Origin: Dehalococcoidia bacterium
Lineage (GTDB): Bacteria; Chloroflexota; Dehalococcoidia; UBA2979
DNA length: 64,000 bases
Direction of reading: 5' to 3'
NCBI GenBank assembly: GCA_963667465.2
Contig: CAXXDN010000002.1
Span: forward strand, 1,376,001-1,440,000
A model generated the notes under the pieces. The model saw only the letters and a list, made by a program, of their open reading frames with translations. It did not search any database and was not told the origin of the DNA. The translations under genes and the position numbers were made by a program. Of this stretch, positions 39,110 through 49,340 are shown in pieces (position 1 is the first letter of the stretch; the number at the start of each line of letters is the position of its first letter).

Positions 39110-42100
39110 TCACTCCACGACGACGGCGAACTCCTGACGGGCGCTCCCGCCCTCATTCGAGGCCGTCACGGCGACCATGGCGACGCCCGCGGCCAGCGGC
39201 GTGAGCCGCAGCCGTCCCTCCGACACCCAAGCGTGCACGACTCCGGCCGGGTCCGCCGAGACGCGGTAGCGCGCGATCGCGCCGCTGAAGTAGTCCGCGA
39301 GCTCGATTTCGTGCGACTCCCCCGCCTCGTTGAGCGTGCTGCCCTCGAGGCGGCCGAGCGCCTCCGGAGCAGCGGCGCCGACCGTGACGATGAAGGGCTG
39401 CTCGGCGCTGCCGGCGGAGTTTGTCGCCGTCACGACGACCGTCGCGACGCCTGCAGCCAGCGGGGTGAGCGTCAGCCGGCCAGCCGACTCCCAGCCGTGG
39501 ACCACGCCGCCGCGGTCCGCCGTGAGGTGGTAGCGAGCGGCCTCGCCGCCGAAGTAGTCCCCGAGGTCGATCTCACGCACGGCCCCACCCTCGGCGAGCG
39601 CGATGCGCTCTGCGCGGCCGGGCGTCTGCGGCGCGGCGGGAGCGACCGCCACGGCGAAGATCTGACTGGCGCTCCCGCTACCGTTGCTCACCGTCACCGT
39701 GACAGTCGCGACACCGGCCGAGAGCGGCGTGAGCCTCAGCCGCCCGCCGGACTCCCAGAGATGCAGGATGCCGTCGGGCCGCGACACCACCTCGTAATGG
39801 GCCACCTCGCCATCGAAGTAGTCTGCGAGGGCGATCTCCTGCCCGGCGCCTCCCGCCGCGAGCGGGGCCGCCACGATCCGGCCCAGCGCCGTCGGCGGGG
39901 CGGGTTGCACCACGACCGTGAACTGCTGCTCGGCGCTGCCGCCCGCGTTCAGCGCCGTCACCTCCAGCGTCGCCAGCCCCGCCGCGAGGGGCGTCAACGT
40001 CAGGAGCCCGCCCGACTCCCAGCGGTGGACAACCCCGCCCGGAGTCGCCGCCAGCGCGTAGCGCTCGACATTGCCACCAAAGTAGTTCGCGAGCTCGACG
40101 CTCAGCGGCCGTCCGTCCATCGACAGCGTCAGGAGCGTGCTGGAGGCCAGCGCCCGTGGCGCGCGCGGTCTCACGCTCACATCGAAGGTCTGGCTCGCCG
40201 TGCCTCCGGTGTTCGCCGACCAGACGGTGACGGTCGAGGAGCCGGCGGCCAGCGGCGTGAACGTCAGCCGCCCAGCCGATTCCCAGAGGTGCACGATGCC
40301 GGTCCGCTCCGCGATCGCTCCGAACCGCGTGAGGGATCCACTGAAGTGAATCGAGAGGTCGATGGTCCGTGCCGCGCCTCCGCTGGTGAGGGTGAGGGCC
40401 TCGATGCCGTCCCGCACCTTTGGGGCGCGCCTCGAGACGACCACGACGAGCTCCTGCGCGGCGCTCCCGGCTTCGTTCGTCGCGGTTACGGTCACGAGCG
40501 CAATACCCACGGCGAGCCCCGAGACCACGGTGGTCTCGCCATGCGCCTCGACCGCCACGACGCCGGGCCTCGATGACTCCGCCGCGAACGTGACGCCTTC
40601 GCCCTCGAAGTACGAAGAAACGCCGATGATCGAGTGGTCGCCCTCGACGATCTCCACGAGAGGTGTGGTTCCCAGTGCCCGGGGCGCACCGTCGCGGACG
40701 GTGGACAGGAAGGCCTGCTGCGCCACACCCCCCGCGTTCGTCGCCGCCACCGTCACGACGGCGACGCCCGAGGCGAGCGGCGTGAGCGTCAGCCGCCCAC
40801 CCGATTCCCAGACGTGCACGACACCGGCAGGCGTCGCGGACGCGTCGTAGCCCTCGACGACGCCGCCGAATTGGTCCGCCAGTTCGATTTCGCGAGCAAC
40901 CCCATCCTCGCGCAGCGCTATGTCCGCGATCGCTCCGATCGCCAGCGGCGCAGCCAATCGCACCTCGACGACGAACTCCTGCTGCTCACTCCCGCTCATA
41001 TTCGTCGCCGTCACCGTCACCGTCGCGCTGCCCGCCGCGACCGCTGTCACGGTGACCTCCGACCCATCCACCTCGACCGTCGCCACCTCCGTGTCCGAGG
41101 ACATAGCGCCGTAGGTGACCCCCTCGCCCTCGAAGTAGCTCGCTACGTCCTCGGCGTGCGTTGCGTCCTCGATGATCGTGACTGCCTCGATGCTCCCGAC
41201 GGCGACCGGCGCGGGCGACACGACCGTGACGAGGAAACCCTGCTCGGCGCTGCCCCCGCCGTTCGTCGCCGTCACCGTCACTGTGGCGCTGCCCGCCGCG
41301 ACCGCTGTCACGGTGACCTCCGACCCCTCCACCGCGACCGTCGCCACTTCCGTGTCCGAGGACACAGCGCCGTAGGTGACCCCCTCGCCCTCGAAGTAGC
41401 TCGCTACGTCCTCGGTGTGCGTTGCGTCCTCGATGATCGTGACTGCCTCGATGCTCCCGACGGCGACCGGCGCGGGCGACACGACCGTGACGAGGAAACC
41501 CTGCTCGGCGCTGCCCCCGCCGTTCGTCGCCGTCACCGTCACTGTGGCGCTGCCCGCCGCGACCGCTGTCACGGTGACCTCCGACCCCTCCACCTCGACC
41601 GTCGCCACTTCCGTGTCCGAGGACATAGCGCCGTAGGTGACCCCCTCGCCCTCGAAGTAGCTCGCTGCGTCCTCGGCGTGCGTTGCGTCCTCGATGATCG
41701 TGACTGCCTCGATGCTCCCGACGGCGACCGGCGCGGGCGACACGACCGTGACGAGGAAACCCTGCTCGGCGCTGCCCCCGCCGTTCGTCGCCGTCACCGT
41801 CACCGTCGCGCTGCCCGCCGCGACCGCTGTCACGGTGACCTCCGACCCCTCCACCTCGACCGTCGCCACTTCCGTGTCCGAGGACATAGCGCCGTAGGTG
41901 ACCCCCTCGCCCTCGAAGTAGCTCGATGCGTCCTCGGCGTGCGTTGCGTCCTCGATGATCGTGACTGCCTCGATGCTCCCGACAGTCCCGGGCGCGGGCG
42001 GGACCACGGTGACGGCGAACCCTTGCTCGGCGCGCCCTCCGGGGCTCGTCGCCGTCACCGTCACTGTCGCGCTGCCCGCCGCGACCGCTGTCACGGTGAC

Positions 42101-44011
42101 CTCCGACCCATCCACCTCGACCGTCGCCACCGCTTCATCCGAGGACACAGCACCGTAGGTGACCCCCTCGCCCTCGAAGTAGCTCGCTACGTCCTCGGCG
42201 TGCGTTGCGTCCTCGATGATCGTGACTGCCTCGATGCTGCCGACAGTCCCGGGCGCGGGCGGGACCACGGTGACGGCGAACCCTTGCTCTGCGCGCCCTC
42301 CGGGGCTCGTCGCCGTCACCGTCACCGTCGCGCTGCCCGCCGCGACGGCCGTGAGCGTGAGCTGCGATCCCGATCGCGAGGCGTGGACGATGCCGCTCGG
42401 GGAGACCGCCACCTCGTAGCCGGTGACATCGGCGCCGAAGTAGTCGGCGAGCTCGATCGTCCGCGTTCCGTCCTCCGCCAGGATGATCGAGGGGAGCTGG
42501 ACGGTGACGGAGAAGGACTGCCCGACGCTCCCGCCTGCGTTTGTCGCGGTCAGCGTCACCGTCGCGTCGCCCGCGCCGACCGCCGTGACCGTGACCGTCG
42601 TGCCCTCCACAGCCACGGTGGCGACCGCCGCTTTCGAGGACTCCGCCGTGTAGGTGATCCCCTCGCCGTTGAAGTGGGCCGCGGCGTCCTCCATGTGCGT
42701 CTCGCGCTCGGCGAGGATCACGGCCTCGATGCTGCCGACGGCCGCCGGCGCGGGCGGCAGCACCGTGACGGCCAAGCTATGCTCCGCAGTACCGTCCGCG
42801 CTCGTCACCTCGAGGGTGACCGTCGCGTTGCCAGAGGCGAGGGCGGTGAGCGTCAGCTGCGAGCCGGTCAGCGCGAGCCCGACGATGCCTGCCGGAGCGA
42901 CCGCTGCGCCGTAGCCCGTCGCCTCCTCTCCAAAATGGTCCGCGAGCTCGAGTGTCCGCGCGTCCCCTCGAGTGAGCGTCACGGCTGGGAGCTGGACAGT
43001 GACGGCGAATGACTGCCCGGCGCTGCCGCCGGCATTGGTGGCCGTCACCGTCACCGTCGCGTCGCCCGGCGCAACCGCCTTGACCGTGACCGCAGCGGCC
43101 TCCGTCGCCACGGTGGCGACCGCCACGTTCGAGGACTCTGCCGTGTAGGTGATCCCCTCGCCGCTGAAGTGGGCCGAAACATCCTCCACGTGCGTCTCGC
43201 CCTCGGCGAGGGTCACGGCCCCGATGCTGCCGACGGTCGCCGGAGCGGGCGGCAGCACTGTGACGGCGAAGCGCTGCTCCGCGCTTCCGCCCGAGTTGGT
43301 CGCAGTCACGGTGACCGTCGCGCTCCCGGCGGCGACCGCCTTCACTGTTACGTCCGCGCCCGCGACCTCGACCGTCGCGGCCGCCGTGTCCGAGGACGCT
43401 GCCGTGTAGGTGATCCCCGCGCCCTCGAAGTAGTCGGAGGCCGTCACGGCGTGGGTAACGCCCTCGGTGAGGGTGAGGGCGGCGATGCTGCCGGTTGCGG
43501 TGGGGGCAGCGACCATGGCCACCACAGTGACGGCGAAGCGCTTGCGCTCGCTGCCACGCAGCTTCCGGCCCCTGACTGTGACGGTCGCCGAGCCCACCGC
43601 AACCGGCTCGAGGGTGACCTCGGTCCCCGACCGCGAGATGCGGACGATGCCGTTGGGAGCTGCCGTTACCTCGTAGCCATGCACGGCATCGCTGAAGTAG
43701 CCCGCCACGTCGACCGTGTGAGAGGCGCCACCGAGCGTCAGCGAGACGTCCGGGAGGTCGTCTTCGGGCGTCGGCGTCTGCTGCGCCCGAACGCCATCGA
43801 GGGCGCCGAGCGGGTCACCGGCCAGGAGGCTCCGTGGGTGCAAGCGACTGTCTCGCGGCGCACTTGCCGCCTCGTCGGCAGCCTGGACTGTGGGAGCGGT
43901 GGATAGCAGGACGCACAAGCCGACGATCACGACAGCCGTGCACGCGCCACGCCAGCCCACAGCCAGCGGGACACCGAAGAGAGCGTGCGCGAGCCAGGCG
44001 CCCCTGGGCAC
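39110..44011 (-). CDS. large secreted protein of about 18 tandem Ig/cadherin-like domains
   Basis: Signal-like segment, then about 87-aa repeats (YF...Y....A.G.ATVTVTATN..GSA.Q.F.VTV). Start uncertain; GTG 44011 has an AGGGGG RBS. Confidence 0.88.
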   Translation of the reverse strand: MPRGAWLAHALFGVPLAVGWRGACTAVVIVGLCVLLSTAPTVQAADEAASAPRDSRLHPRSLLAGDPLGALDGVRAQQTPTPEDDLPDVSLTLGGASHTVDVAGYFSDAVHGYEVTAAPNGIVRISRSGTEVTLEPVAVGSATVTVRGRKLRGSERKRFAVTVVAMVAAPTATGSIAALTLTEGVTHAVTASDYFEGAGITYTAASSDTAAATVEVAGADVTVKAVAAGSATVTVTATNSGGSAEQRFAVTVLPPAPATVGSIGAVTLAEGETHVEDVSAHFSGEGITYTAESSNVAVATVATEAAAVTVKAVAPGDATVTVTATNAGGSAGQSFAVTVQLPAVTLTRGDARTLELADHFGEEATGYGAAVAPAGIVGLALTGSQLTLTALASGNATVTLEVTSADGTAEHSLAVTVLPPAPAAVGSIEAVILAERETHMEDAAAHFNGEGITYTAESSKAAVATVAVEGTTVTVTAVGAGDATVTLTATNAGGSVGQSFSVTVQLPSIILAEDGTRTIELADYFGADVTGYEVAVSPSGIVHASRSGSQLTLTAVAAGSATVTVTATSPGGRAEQGFAVTVVPPAPGTVGSIEAVTIIEDATHAEDVASYFEGEGVTYGAVSSDEAVATVEVDGSEVTVTAVAAGSATVTVTATSPGGRAEQGFAVTVVPPAPGTVGSIEAVTIIEDATHAEDASSYFEGEGVTYGAMSSDTEVATVEVEGSEVTVTAVAAGSATVTVTATNGGGSAEQGFLVTVVSPAPVAVGSIEAVTIIEDATHAEDAASYFEGEGVTYGAMSSDTEVATVEVEGSEVTVTAVAAGSATVTVTATNGGGSAEQGFLVTVVSPAPVAVGSIEAVTIIEDATHTEDVASYFEGEGVTYGAVSSDTEVATVAVEGSEVTVTAVAAGSATVTVTATNGGGSAEQGFLVTVVSPAPVAVGSIEAVTIIEDATHAEDVASYFEGEGVTYGAMSSDTEVATVEVDGSEVTVTAVAAGSATVTVTATNMSGSEQQEFVVEVRLAAPLAIGAIADIALREDGVAREIELADQFGGVVEGYDASATPAGVVHVWESGGRLTLTPLASGVAVVTVAATNAGGVAQQAFLSTVRDGAPRALGTTPLVEIVEGDHSIIGVSSYFEGEGVTFAAESSRPGVVAVEAHGETTVVSGLAVGIALVTVTATNEAGSAAQELVVVVSRRAPKVRDGIEALTLTSGGAARTIDLSIHFSGSLTRFGAIAERTGIVHLWESAGRLTFTPLAAGSSTVTVWSANTGGTASQTFDVSVRPRAPRALASSTLLTLSMDGRPLSVELANYFGGNVERYALAATPGGVVHRWESGGLLTLTPLAAGLATLEVTALNAGGSAEQQFTVVVQPAPPTALGRIVAAPLAAGGAGQEIALADYFDGEVAHYEVVSRPDGILHLWESGGRLRLTPLSAGVATVTVTVSNGSGSASQIFAVAVAPAAPQTPGRAERIALAEGGAVREIDLGDYFGGEAARYHLTADRGGVVHGWESAGRLTLTPLAAGVATVVVTATNSAGSAEQPFIVTVGAAAPEALGRLEGSTLNEAGESHEIELADYFSGAIARYRVSADPAGVVHAWVSEGRLRLTPLAAGVAMVAVTASNEGGSARQEFAVVVE
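41001..42348. repeat. five near-identical 261-bp intragenic tandem repeats
   Basis: The same sequence recurs at 41172, 41433, 41694, 41955 and 42216 (261-bp period). Confidence 0.93.
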
Positions 44012-44149
44012 TGCTGAATCCCCCTGCGTCAGCAACATTTTCTTGCTAACACTAGTTGGTCTCAACATGAATGTGTGATACCGATTAGCTGCGCGGGACC
44101 ATTGGCGGGGGCCTCGTTCTCTCGCCAGCGCACAGGCAGGGGAATCGGA

Positions 44150-47100
44150 TTGCGGCGTTCCGCAACGCTCGCGCTGCTCGTCGGCGCGCTCGCACTCGCG
44201 GCCCTCAGCACCACCGGCAGCCACGCGCAGTCCCCGGCGGATCCGCAGAACCTCCTGCCCAACGGCGGCTTCGAGGACGGGCTGGACGGCTGGGTGCAGC
44301 CAGCCGGAGCAGTCCTCGAGGCTGTCGGCGAGCCCGTTCAGTCAGGCGCCGCCGCAGCGAAGGTCACTACGAGCGGGCCGGGCCGCGTGACGGTGATGAC
44401 CCAATACTGGGACGTGCGAGTCGCGCCGGGGGCCGCGCATACGCTCCGCGTGTGGCTTCGCAGCGACGCCCCCGCTGATCCCGCGGGCCCAAACGTCCTC
44501 CGGATGGAGGTGAGCCTCGAGTTCGTCGGCGCGGACGGAACCCGTGTCGGCGTTCCGACTACGCAGCGGATCGAGACTCCGACGGCGGGCTGGCAGCGCG
44601 TTGAGATCGCTCCAGTCGCGGCGCCGACCGACGCCACGTACGCTCGTCTGCGGGTGACCGCTGAGGTCTCCGCGAGCGGGGCCGTGTTCTACCTGGACTC
44701 GGCGGAACTCACGGCCGCCCCGCCGCCGCCCACGCCGACCCCGACCGAAACGCCGACGCCGACCGCTACTCCGACCCCGACCGAAACGCCGACCGTTACC
44801 CCGACCGCGACTACCGCAGCTGAGCCCACCTTCTTCGCCTCACTCACCAACGGCGACTTCGAACTGCCAGGCGCGACACCATACGGCTGGGGCGCGCACG
44901 CCGCCGAGGCCATCGTCACGCCCGCGGGCGGCTCGCGAACCGTCACGCTCACCTCGCGCGGGAGCGCGACGGCCTGGCTGCACCAGTCCTTCGCCGTCGA
45001 GGGCGGACACTGGTACGAGGCGTCCGGCCTGCTTCGGCCCGTGTCCAACGCCGCGCTCGCGCGCATCCGCATCGCCTGGTACGCCTCGGAAGACGCGAGC
45101 GGCGCGCAGCTCTCCACGGCCGACGCCGACGAGGTCCTCGGCGTCGGCGACTCCTCCACGACCGTCTCCACAGGCCCGATCCGTGCGCCCGACAACGCGC
45201 GGAGCGCGCAACTGCGAGTCATGCTCCGGCCCGCAAGCGTGGCGCCCGCCGTGCTGCGCGCGGACGACGTGCGCTTCGAACGCACCGCGCCGCCGCCGAG
45301 CACAACCGTCGTGAGGACTCCCGTGCCCGTGCCCACACCCGAGGCGATGCCAACATTCTTCGTCGCGCTGACGAACGGCGACTTCGAGCTGCCGGGCGAC
45401 ACGCCCTACGGCTGGCGCGCCCACGCGGGCTCGGCCCTCGTCGCCTCCAACGGGGGCTCACGCAGCGTCACGCTTACCTCGCGAGGGAGTTCCACAGCCT
45501 GGCTGCACCAGTCCTTCGCCATCGAGGGCGGACGCTGGTACGAGGTCAGTGGGCGGCTGCGCGCGGTCTCCAACGCCTCCCTCACCCGCATCCGCGTCGC
45601 CTGGTACGCCTCGGACGACGCGAGCGGCGCGCAGCTCTCCACGGACGACTCCGCCGAGCTCAGCGGCGTCGGCGACTCGTTCACGCCCGTCTCCACCGGC
45701 GCGATCCGCGCGCCCGACGAGGCTCGCAGCGCGGAGCTGCGGGTGATGGTCCGGCCGGCGAGCGCGGCTCCGGCCGTCCTGCGCGCCGACGACGTGTCCT
45801 TTGCCCGCACCGCTCCGCCGCCGCCGGACGTGACCTCCGAGGCTCCGCCCACGCAACGGTTGCGGCCGCCCGAGGCGGCGCCCTCGTTCTTCGTCGCCCT
45901 CACCAACGGCGACTTCGAGCTGCCGGGCGATACACCCTACGGCTGGCGCGCCCACGCCGGGAACGCCCTCGTCACTTCCGAGGGCGGCTCGCGCGCCGCC
46001 CTGCTCACGTCGGAGGGCGCGGCGATTGCCTGGCTGCACCAGTCGTGCGCCGTCGAGGGCGGGCGCTGGTACGAGGTAGCCGGGAGGCTCCAGCCCGGCG
46101 CGGGCGCGGACCTCGCCCGCATTCGCGTCGCCTGGTACGCCTCGGAAGACGCGAGCGGGCCGCAGCTCTCCATCGCGGACTCCGGGGAACTCGAGGGCGC
46201 GGGCGACTCCCTCGCCACCGTCACCACCGGCGCAATCCGCGCACCCGACGAGGCGCGCAGCGCACAACTCCGCATCATGCTGCGCCCCGCCGCTGAAGCC
46301 CCGGCAACCCTCGTCACCGATGACGTGTCCTTCACCCGCACCGCGCCTCCTGCACCCGCGACGCCCGACACGCCGCCGGAAGCCGCCTCCCTCGCTCCCG
46401 AGGAGGCGCCAGCGTTCTTCGCCTCCCTCACCAACGGCGACTTCGAGCTGCCCGGCGAGACGCCCTACGGCTGGCGCGCCCACGCCGGAGATGCCCTCGT
46501 GGTCTCCGAGGGCGCCTCGCGGGCTGCCGCGCTCACCGCACGCAGCGACACGACGGCCTGGCTGCACCAGCCCTTCGCCGTCGAGGGCGGCCGCTGGTAC
46601 GAGGCCACGGGTTCGCTGCGGCTCGGCGACAATGCCGCGCTCGCCCGCCTCCGCGTGGCCTGGTACGCCTCTGAAGACGCGAGCGGGCCACAGCTCTCCG
46701 TCGCCGACTCGGATGCCCTCGAGGGCGTTGGCGACTCCTTTGCCGCGGTCTCGACCGGCGCGATCCGCGCGCCCGACGAGGCTCGCAGTGCGCAACTGCG
46801 CGTCATGCTGCGTCCTGCGGGCGAGACTCCCGCCGTCCTGCACGCCGACGATGTCGCCTTTACGCCCGCCGCCCCGCCAGCGCCCGCCCCGACACCGCCT
46901 GCCCCCGCTGAGAGCCCCGCGTCGCCGTCGCCGGAAGCGGCGGCTCGGACGTCCCCTCCCCCCGCGGCGACCTCGGGCGAGGGCGCGCTGCCGGCGCTGG
47001 AGCCGTACCACCTGCGCAGCGCCTCGGCGGTGCTGCTGCGCATCACGGAACTGCTGCCCGATCCGGTCCAGAGCGGCCCCGATGCGGAGTACGAATGGAT

Positions 47101-47848
47101 CGAGGTCGCCAACGTGGGCGCGGCCGCCGTCCCGCTCGCGGGTCTGCTCCTCGCCGACAACCACGGCTGGATCGCCCTGCCCACGCTGACGCTGCCACCC
47201 GGCGGCGCGATCGTCGTCGCGGGGCCGCAGGCGGAGATCGGGGACGCCATCGCGCTGCGGCAGGGCAGCGGGCTGTTCAACGGCCTCGGCAACTCCGGTG
47301 ACCGCCTCGCACTCGCCACGACGGACGGCGCGATCATCGATGCGCTGTCCTACGGCAGCGACGGCAGCGTGGACGAGCCGCCGCTCAAGGCGCCGCCGGC
47401 CGGGCGCTCGCTGCAGCGCCGCTTCGACCCGGCCGGCCGGCTGATCGAGGCGGCCGTCGCCGAGCAGCCCTCCCCCGGACACCTCGAGGGGCCCGCCCCG
47501 CCGGATGGGATTGCAGCGCCGGAGGCGGGCGCGACATCGGCGGCACCGGCCGACGCTGCGGACGCCGGCGCCTACACGTCGCCCTCGAGTGTCGAGGCGC
47601 TGCGCAGGCAGCTCGACGCTGCTGCGAGCGCGGACCGGACGGCCTGGATCGTGCTCGCCTCAGTCGCCGCGGTCGCCCTCGTGGCCGCGGGCGCTCACCG
47701 CGCCCGCGAGCTGCTGCGCGCTGCCCCTCCCGCAGCAAGCGTCGCGCCCCCACGCCGTGGGCGGCGCTGGCGACGCTATGCGAGCGGAGAGCAGGTGCGA
47801 GGGCGCGCGCTCAGTCCTCGTCGTCGTCGTAGAACTCCTCCGGCATGA
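44150..47848 (+). CDS. surface protein with five CBM4/9-like (NGxFE) domains, a lamin-tail domain and a C-terminal TM anchor
   Basis: Signal peptide from TTG 44150, LPNGGFE plus four LTNGDFE repeats with Pro/Thr linkers, LRITELLPDP...EWIEVAN...LGNSGD, hydrophobic tail followed by basic residues. Confidence 0.88.
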   Translation: MRRSATLALLVGALALAALSTTGSHAQSPADPQNLLPNGGFEDGLDGWVQPAGAVLEAVGEPVQSGAAAAKVTTSGPGRVTVMTQYWDVRVAPGAAHTLRVWLRSDAPADPAGPNVLRMEVSLEFVGADGTRVGVPTTQRIETPTAGWQRVEIAPVAAPTDATYARLRVTAEVSASGAVFYLDSAELTAAPPPPTPTPTETPTPTATPTPTETPTVTPTATTAAEPTFFASLTNGDFELPGATPYGWGAHAAEAIVTPAGGSRTVTLTSRGSATAWLHQSFAVEGGHWYEASGLLRPVSNAALARIRIAWYASEDASGAQLSTADADEVLGVGDSSTTVSTGPIRAPDNARSAQLRVMLRPASVAPAVLRADDVRFERTAPPPSTTVVRTPVPVPTPEAMPTFFVALTNGDFELPGDTPYGWRAHAGSALVASNGGSRSVTLTSRGSSTAWLHQSFAIEGGRWYEVSGRLRAVSNASLTRIRVAWYASDDASGAQLSTDDSAELSGVGDSFTPVSTGAIRAPDEARSAELRVMVRPASAAPAVLRADDVSFARTAPPPPDVTSEAPPTQRLRPPEAAPSFFVALTNGDFELPGDTPYGWRAHAGNALVTSEGGSRAALLTSEGAAIAWLHQSCAVEGGRWYEVAGRLQPGAGADLARIRVAWYASEDASGPQLSIADSGELEGAGDSLATVTTGAIRAPDEARSAQLRIMLRPAAEAPATLVTDDVSFTRTAPPAPATPDTPPEAASLAPEEAPAFFASLTNGDFELPGETPYGWRAHAGDALVVSEGASRAAALTARSDTTAWLHQPFAVEGGRWYEATGSLRLGDNAALARLRVAWYASEDASGPQLSVADSDALEGVGDSFAAVSTGAIRAPDEARSAQLRVMLRPAGETPAVLHADDVAFTPAAPPAPAPTPPAPAESPASPSPEAAARTSPPPAATSGEGALPALEPYHLRSASAVLLRITELLPDPVQSGPDAEYEWIEVANVGAAAVPLAGLLLADNHGWIALPTLTLPPGGAIVVAGPQAEIGDAIALRQGSGLFNGLGNSGDRLALATTDGAIIDALSYGSDGSVDEPPLKAPPAGRSLQRRFDPAGRLIEAAVAEQPSPGHLEGPAPPDGIAAPEAGATSAAPADAADAGAYTSPSSVEALRRQLDAAASADRTAWIVLASVAAVALVAAGAHRARELLRAAPPAASVAPPRRGRRWRRYASGEQVRGRALSPRRRRRTPPA

Positions 47849-49211
47849 GCACGAACTCGGGGTAGGCCTCGAGACCCAGCTCGCCCGCGTCCTGGCCGAG
47901 GCGCTCGACCTCGGGCGCTACGCGGACGCTCAGCGTCCTCGCCAGCACCTGCCAGAGCACCCAGGAGACCGTGAACACGAAGGCGCCTACCGAGAGCACG
48001 CCGACGATCTGCACGCCGAGGTCCGCCCCCGCCACGATCGAGGCGGCCAGCGTGCCCCAGATGCCGGCGAAGAGGTGGGCGGGCACCGCGCCCACCACGT
48101 CGTCGAGCTGGAGCTTCTCCATCAACCTCAACCCGGCGGTACAGATGATCCCGCCGATCGCGCCGATGATCACCGCCCAGTAGTGCTCGGTGATGTCCGG
48201 CCCGGCGGTGATCGAGACGAGCCCCGCAATCGCGCCGTTCAGGCCCGCGAAGAGGTCCATCCGCCCGAGAATGTAGCGAGAGAGACCGAGGGCGGCCATC
48301 ACGCCGGCCGCCGCCGCGAGGTTCGTGTTGACGAGCACGTGGCTCATCGCCACCGCGTCGGAGGCGCTGCCCAGCGCGAGCTGCGAGCCGCCGTTGAACC
48401 CGAACCAGCCGAACCAGAGGATGAAGACGCCCAGCGTCACCACCAGGATGTTCGAGGGCGGCGTCGACCGCGGCGTGCCGTCGCGACGGAACTTACCGAG
48501 CCTCGGACCGACCACGAGGATCCCGGCGAGGGCAGCCCAGCCGCCGACGCCGTGCACGATGGTGGAGCCGGCGAAGTCCTGGAACCCCAGCTCGGCCAGC
48601 CAGCCGCCGCCCCACGTCCACGCGCCGACGATCGGGTAGATCAGCGCCGTCAGCGCCAGCGTGAAGAGGAAGAACGTCCACATCTTGACGCGCTCGGCCA
48701 GCGCACCCGAGACAATCGAGGCCGCGGTCGCGACGAAGACCATCTGGAAGAACCAGTCGGACATCGTCGAGTAGCTGTTGTTCGCCACGATCGCGGCCGC
48801 GTCACCCTCCCCCGCCACGAGGGCGATCTCCTCGGAGGTCGGGCCGTAGAGCAGGTTGAAGGAGCCGATTACGCCGCCGACGATGTCGACGTACATCAGG
48901 TTGTAGCCGATGAAGAAGTAGGCCAGCCCCGCGATCGAGTAGAGGCCGATGTTCTTGAGGCAGATCATCGACGCGTTCTTGGTGCGCACCGAGCCCGACT
49001 CGAGCATCGTGAAGCCGGCGCACATCCACATCACGAGCGCGCCCCAGACGAGGAACGAGAAGGTGTTGAGGATGAACGCGGCCTCGGCCCCGATCTCGGC
49101 CTGCTGGGCCTGGGCCGTGCCGGAGAACAACAGGAAGAGCACGAGCGCGAGGACGCCCGAAGCCGCCAGGATGGCGGCGGGACGGCGCTTCGAGAGGATC
49201 GTGACGAGCAT
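47811..49211 (-). CDS. amt: ammonium transporter
   Basis: DFAGSTIVH, WFGWFGFNGGS, LDDVVGAVPAH. Confidence 0.97.
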   Translation of the reverse strand: MLVTILSKRRPAAILAASGVLALVLFLLFSGTAQAQQAEIGAEAAFILNTFSFLVWGALVMWMCAGFTMLESGSVRTKNASMICLKNIGLYSIAGLAYFFIGYNLMYVDIVGGVIGSFNLLYGPTSEEIALVAGEGDAAAIVANNSYSTMSDWFFQMVFVATAASIVSGALAERVKMWTFFLFTLALTALIYPIVGAWTWGGGWLAELGFQDFAGSTIVHGVGGWAALAGILVVGPRLGKFRRDGTPRSTPPSNILVVTLGVFILWFGWFGFNGGSQLALGSASDAVAMSHVLVNTNLAAAAGVMAALGLSRYILGRMDLFAGLNGAIAGLVSITAGPDITEHYWAVIIGAIGGIICTAGLRLMEKLQLDDVVGAVPAHLFAGIWGTLAASIVAGADLGVQIVGVLSVGAFVFTVSWVLWQVLARTLSVRVAPEVERLGQDAGELGLEAYPEFVLMPEEFYDDDED

Positions 49212-49340
49212 GGCGGCCTCCTCAATTTGCTACGGCGCGCTGGGGAGGTGACAACGATCGGGGATCGGCTGCGGTCACGTCTCCGCGACGGCGGACATGA
49301 TAGCGGAATGGGATGAGGTACCAAGCGCCGCGCTGCGCCG

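Noticed and set aside
47811-47848. 38-bp convergent overlap between the surface protein gene and amt
   Set aside because: It is a low-complexity tail extension to the next stop, common in GC-rich genomes. There is no sign of function.
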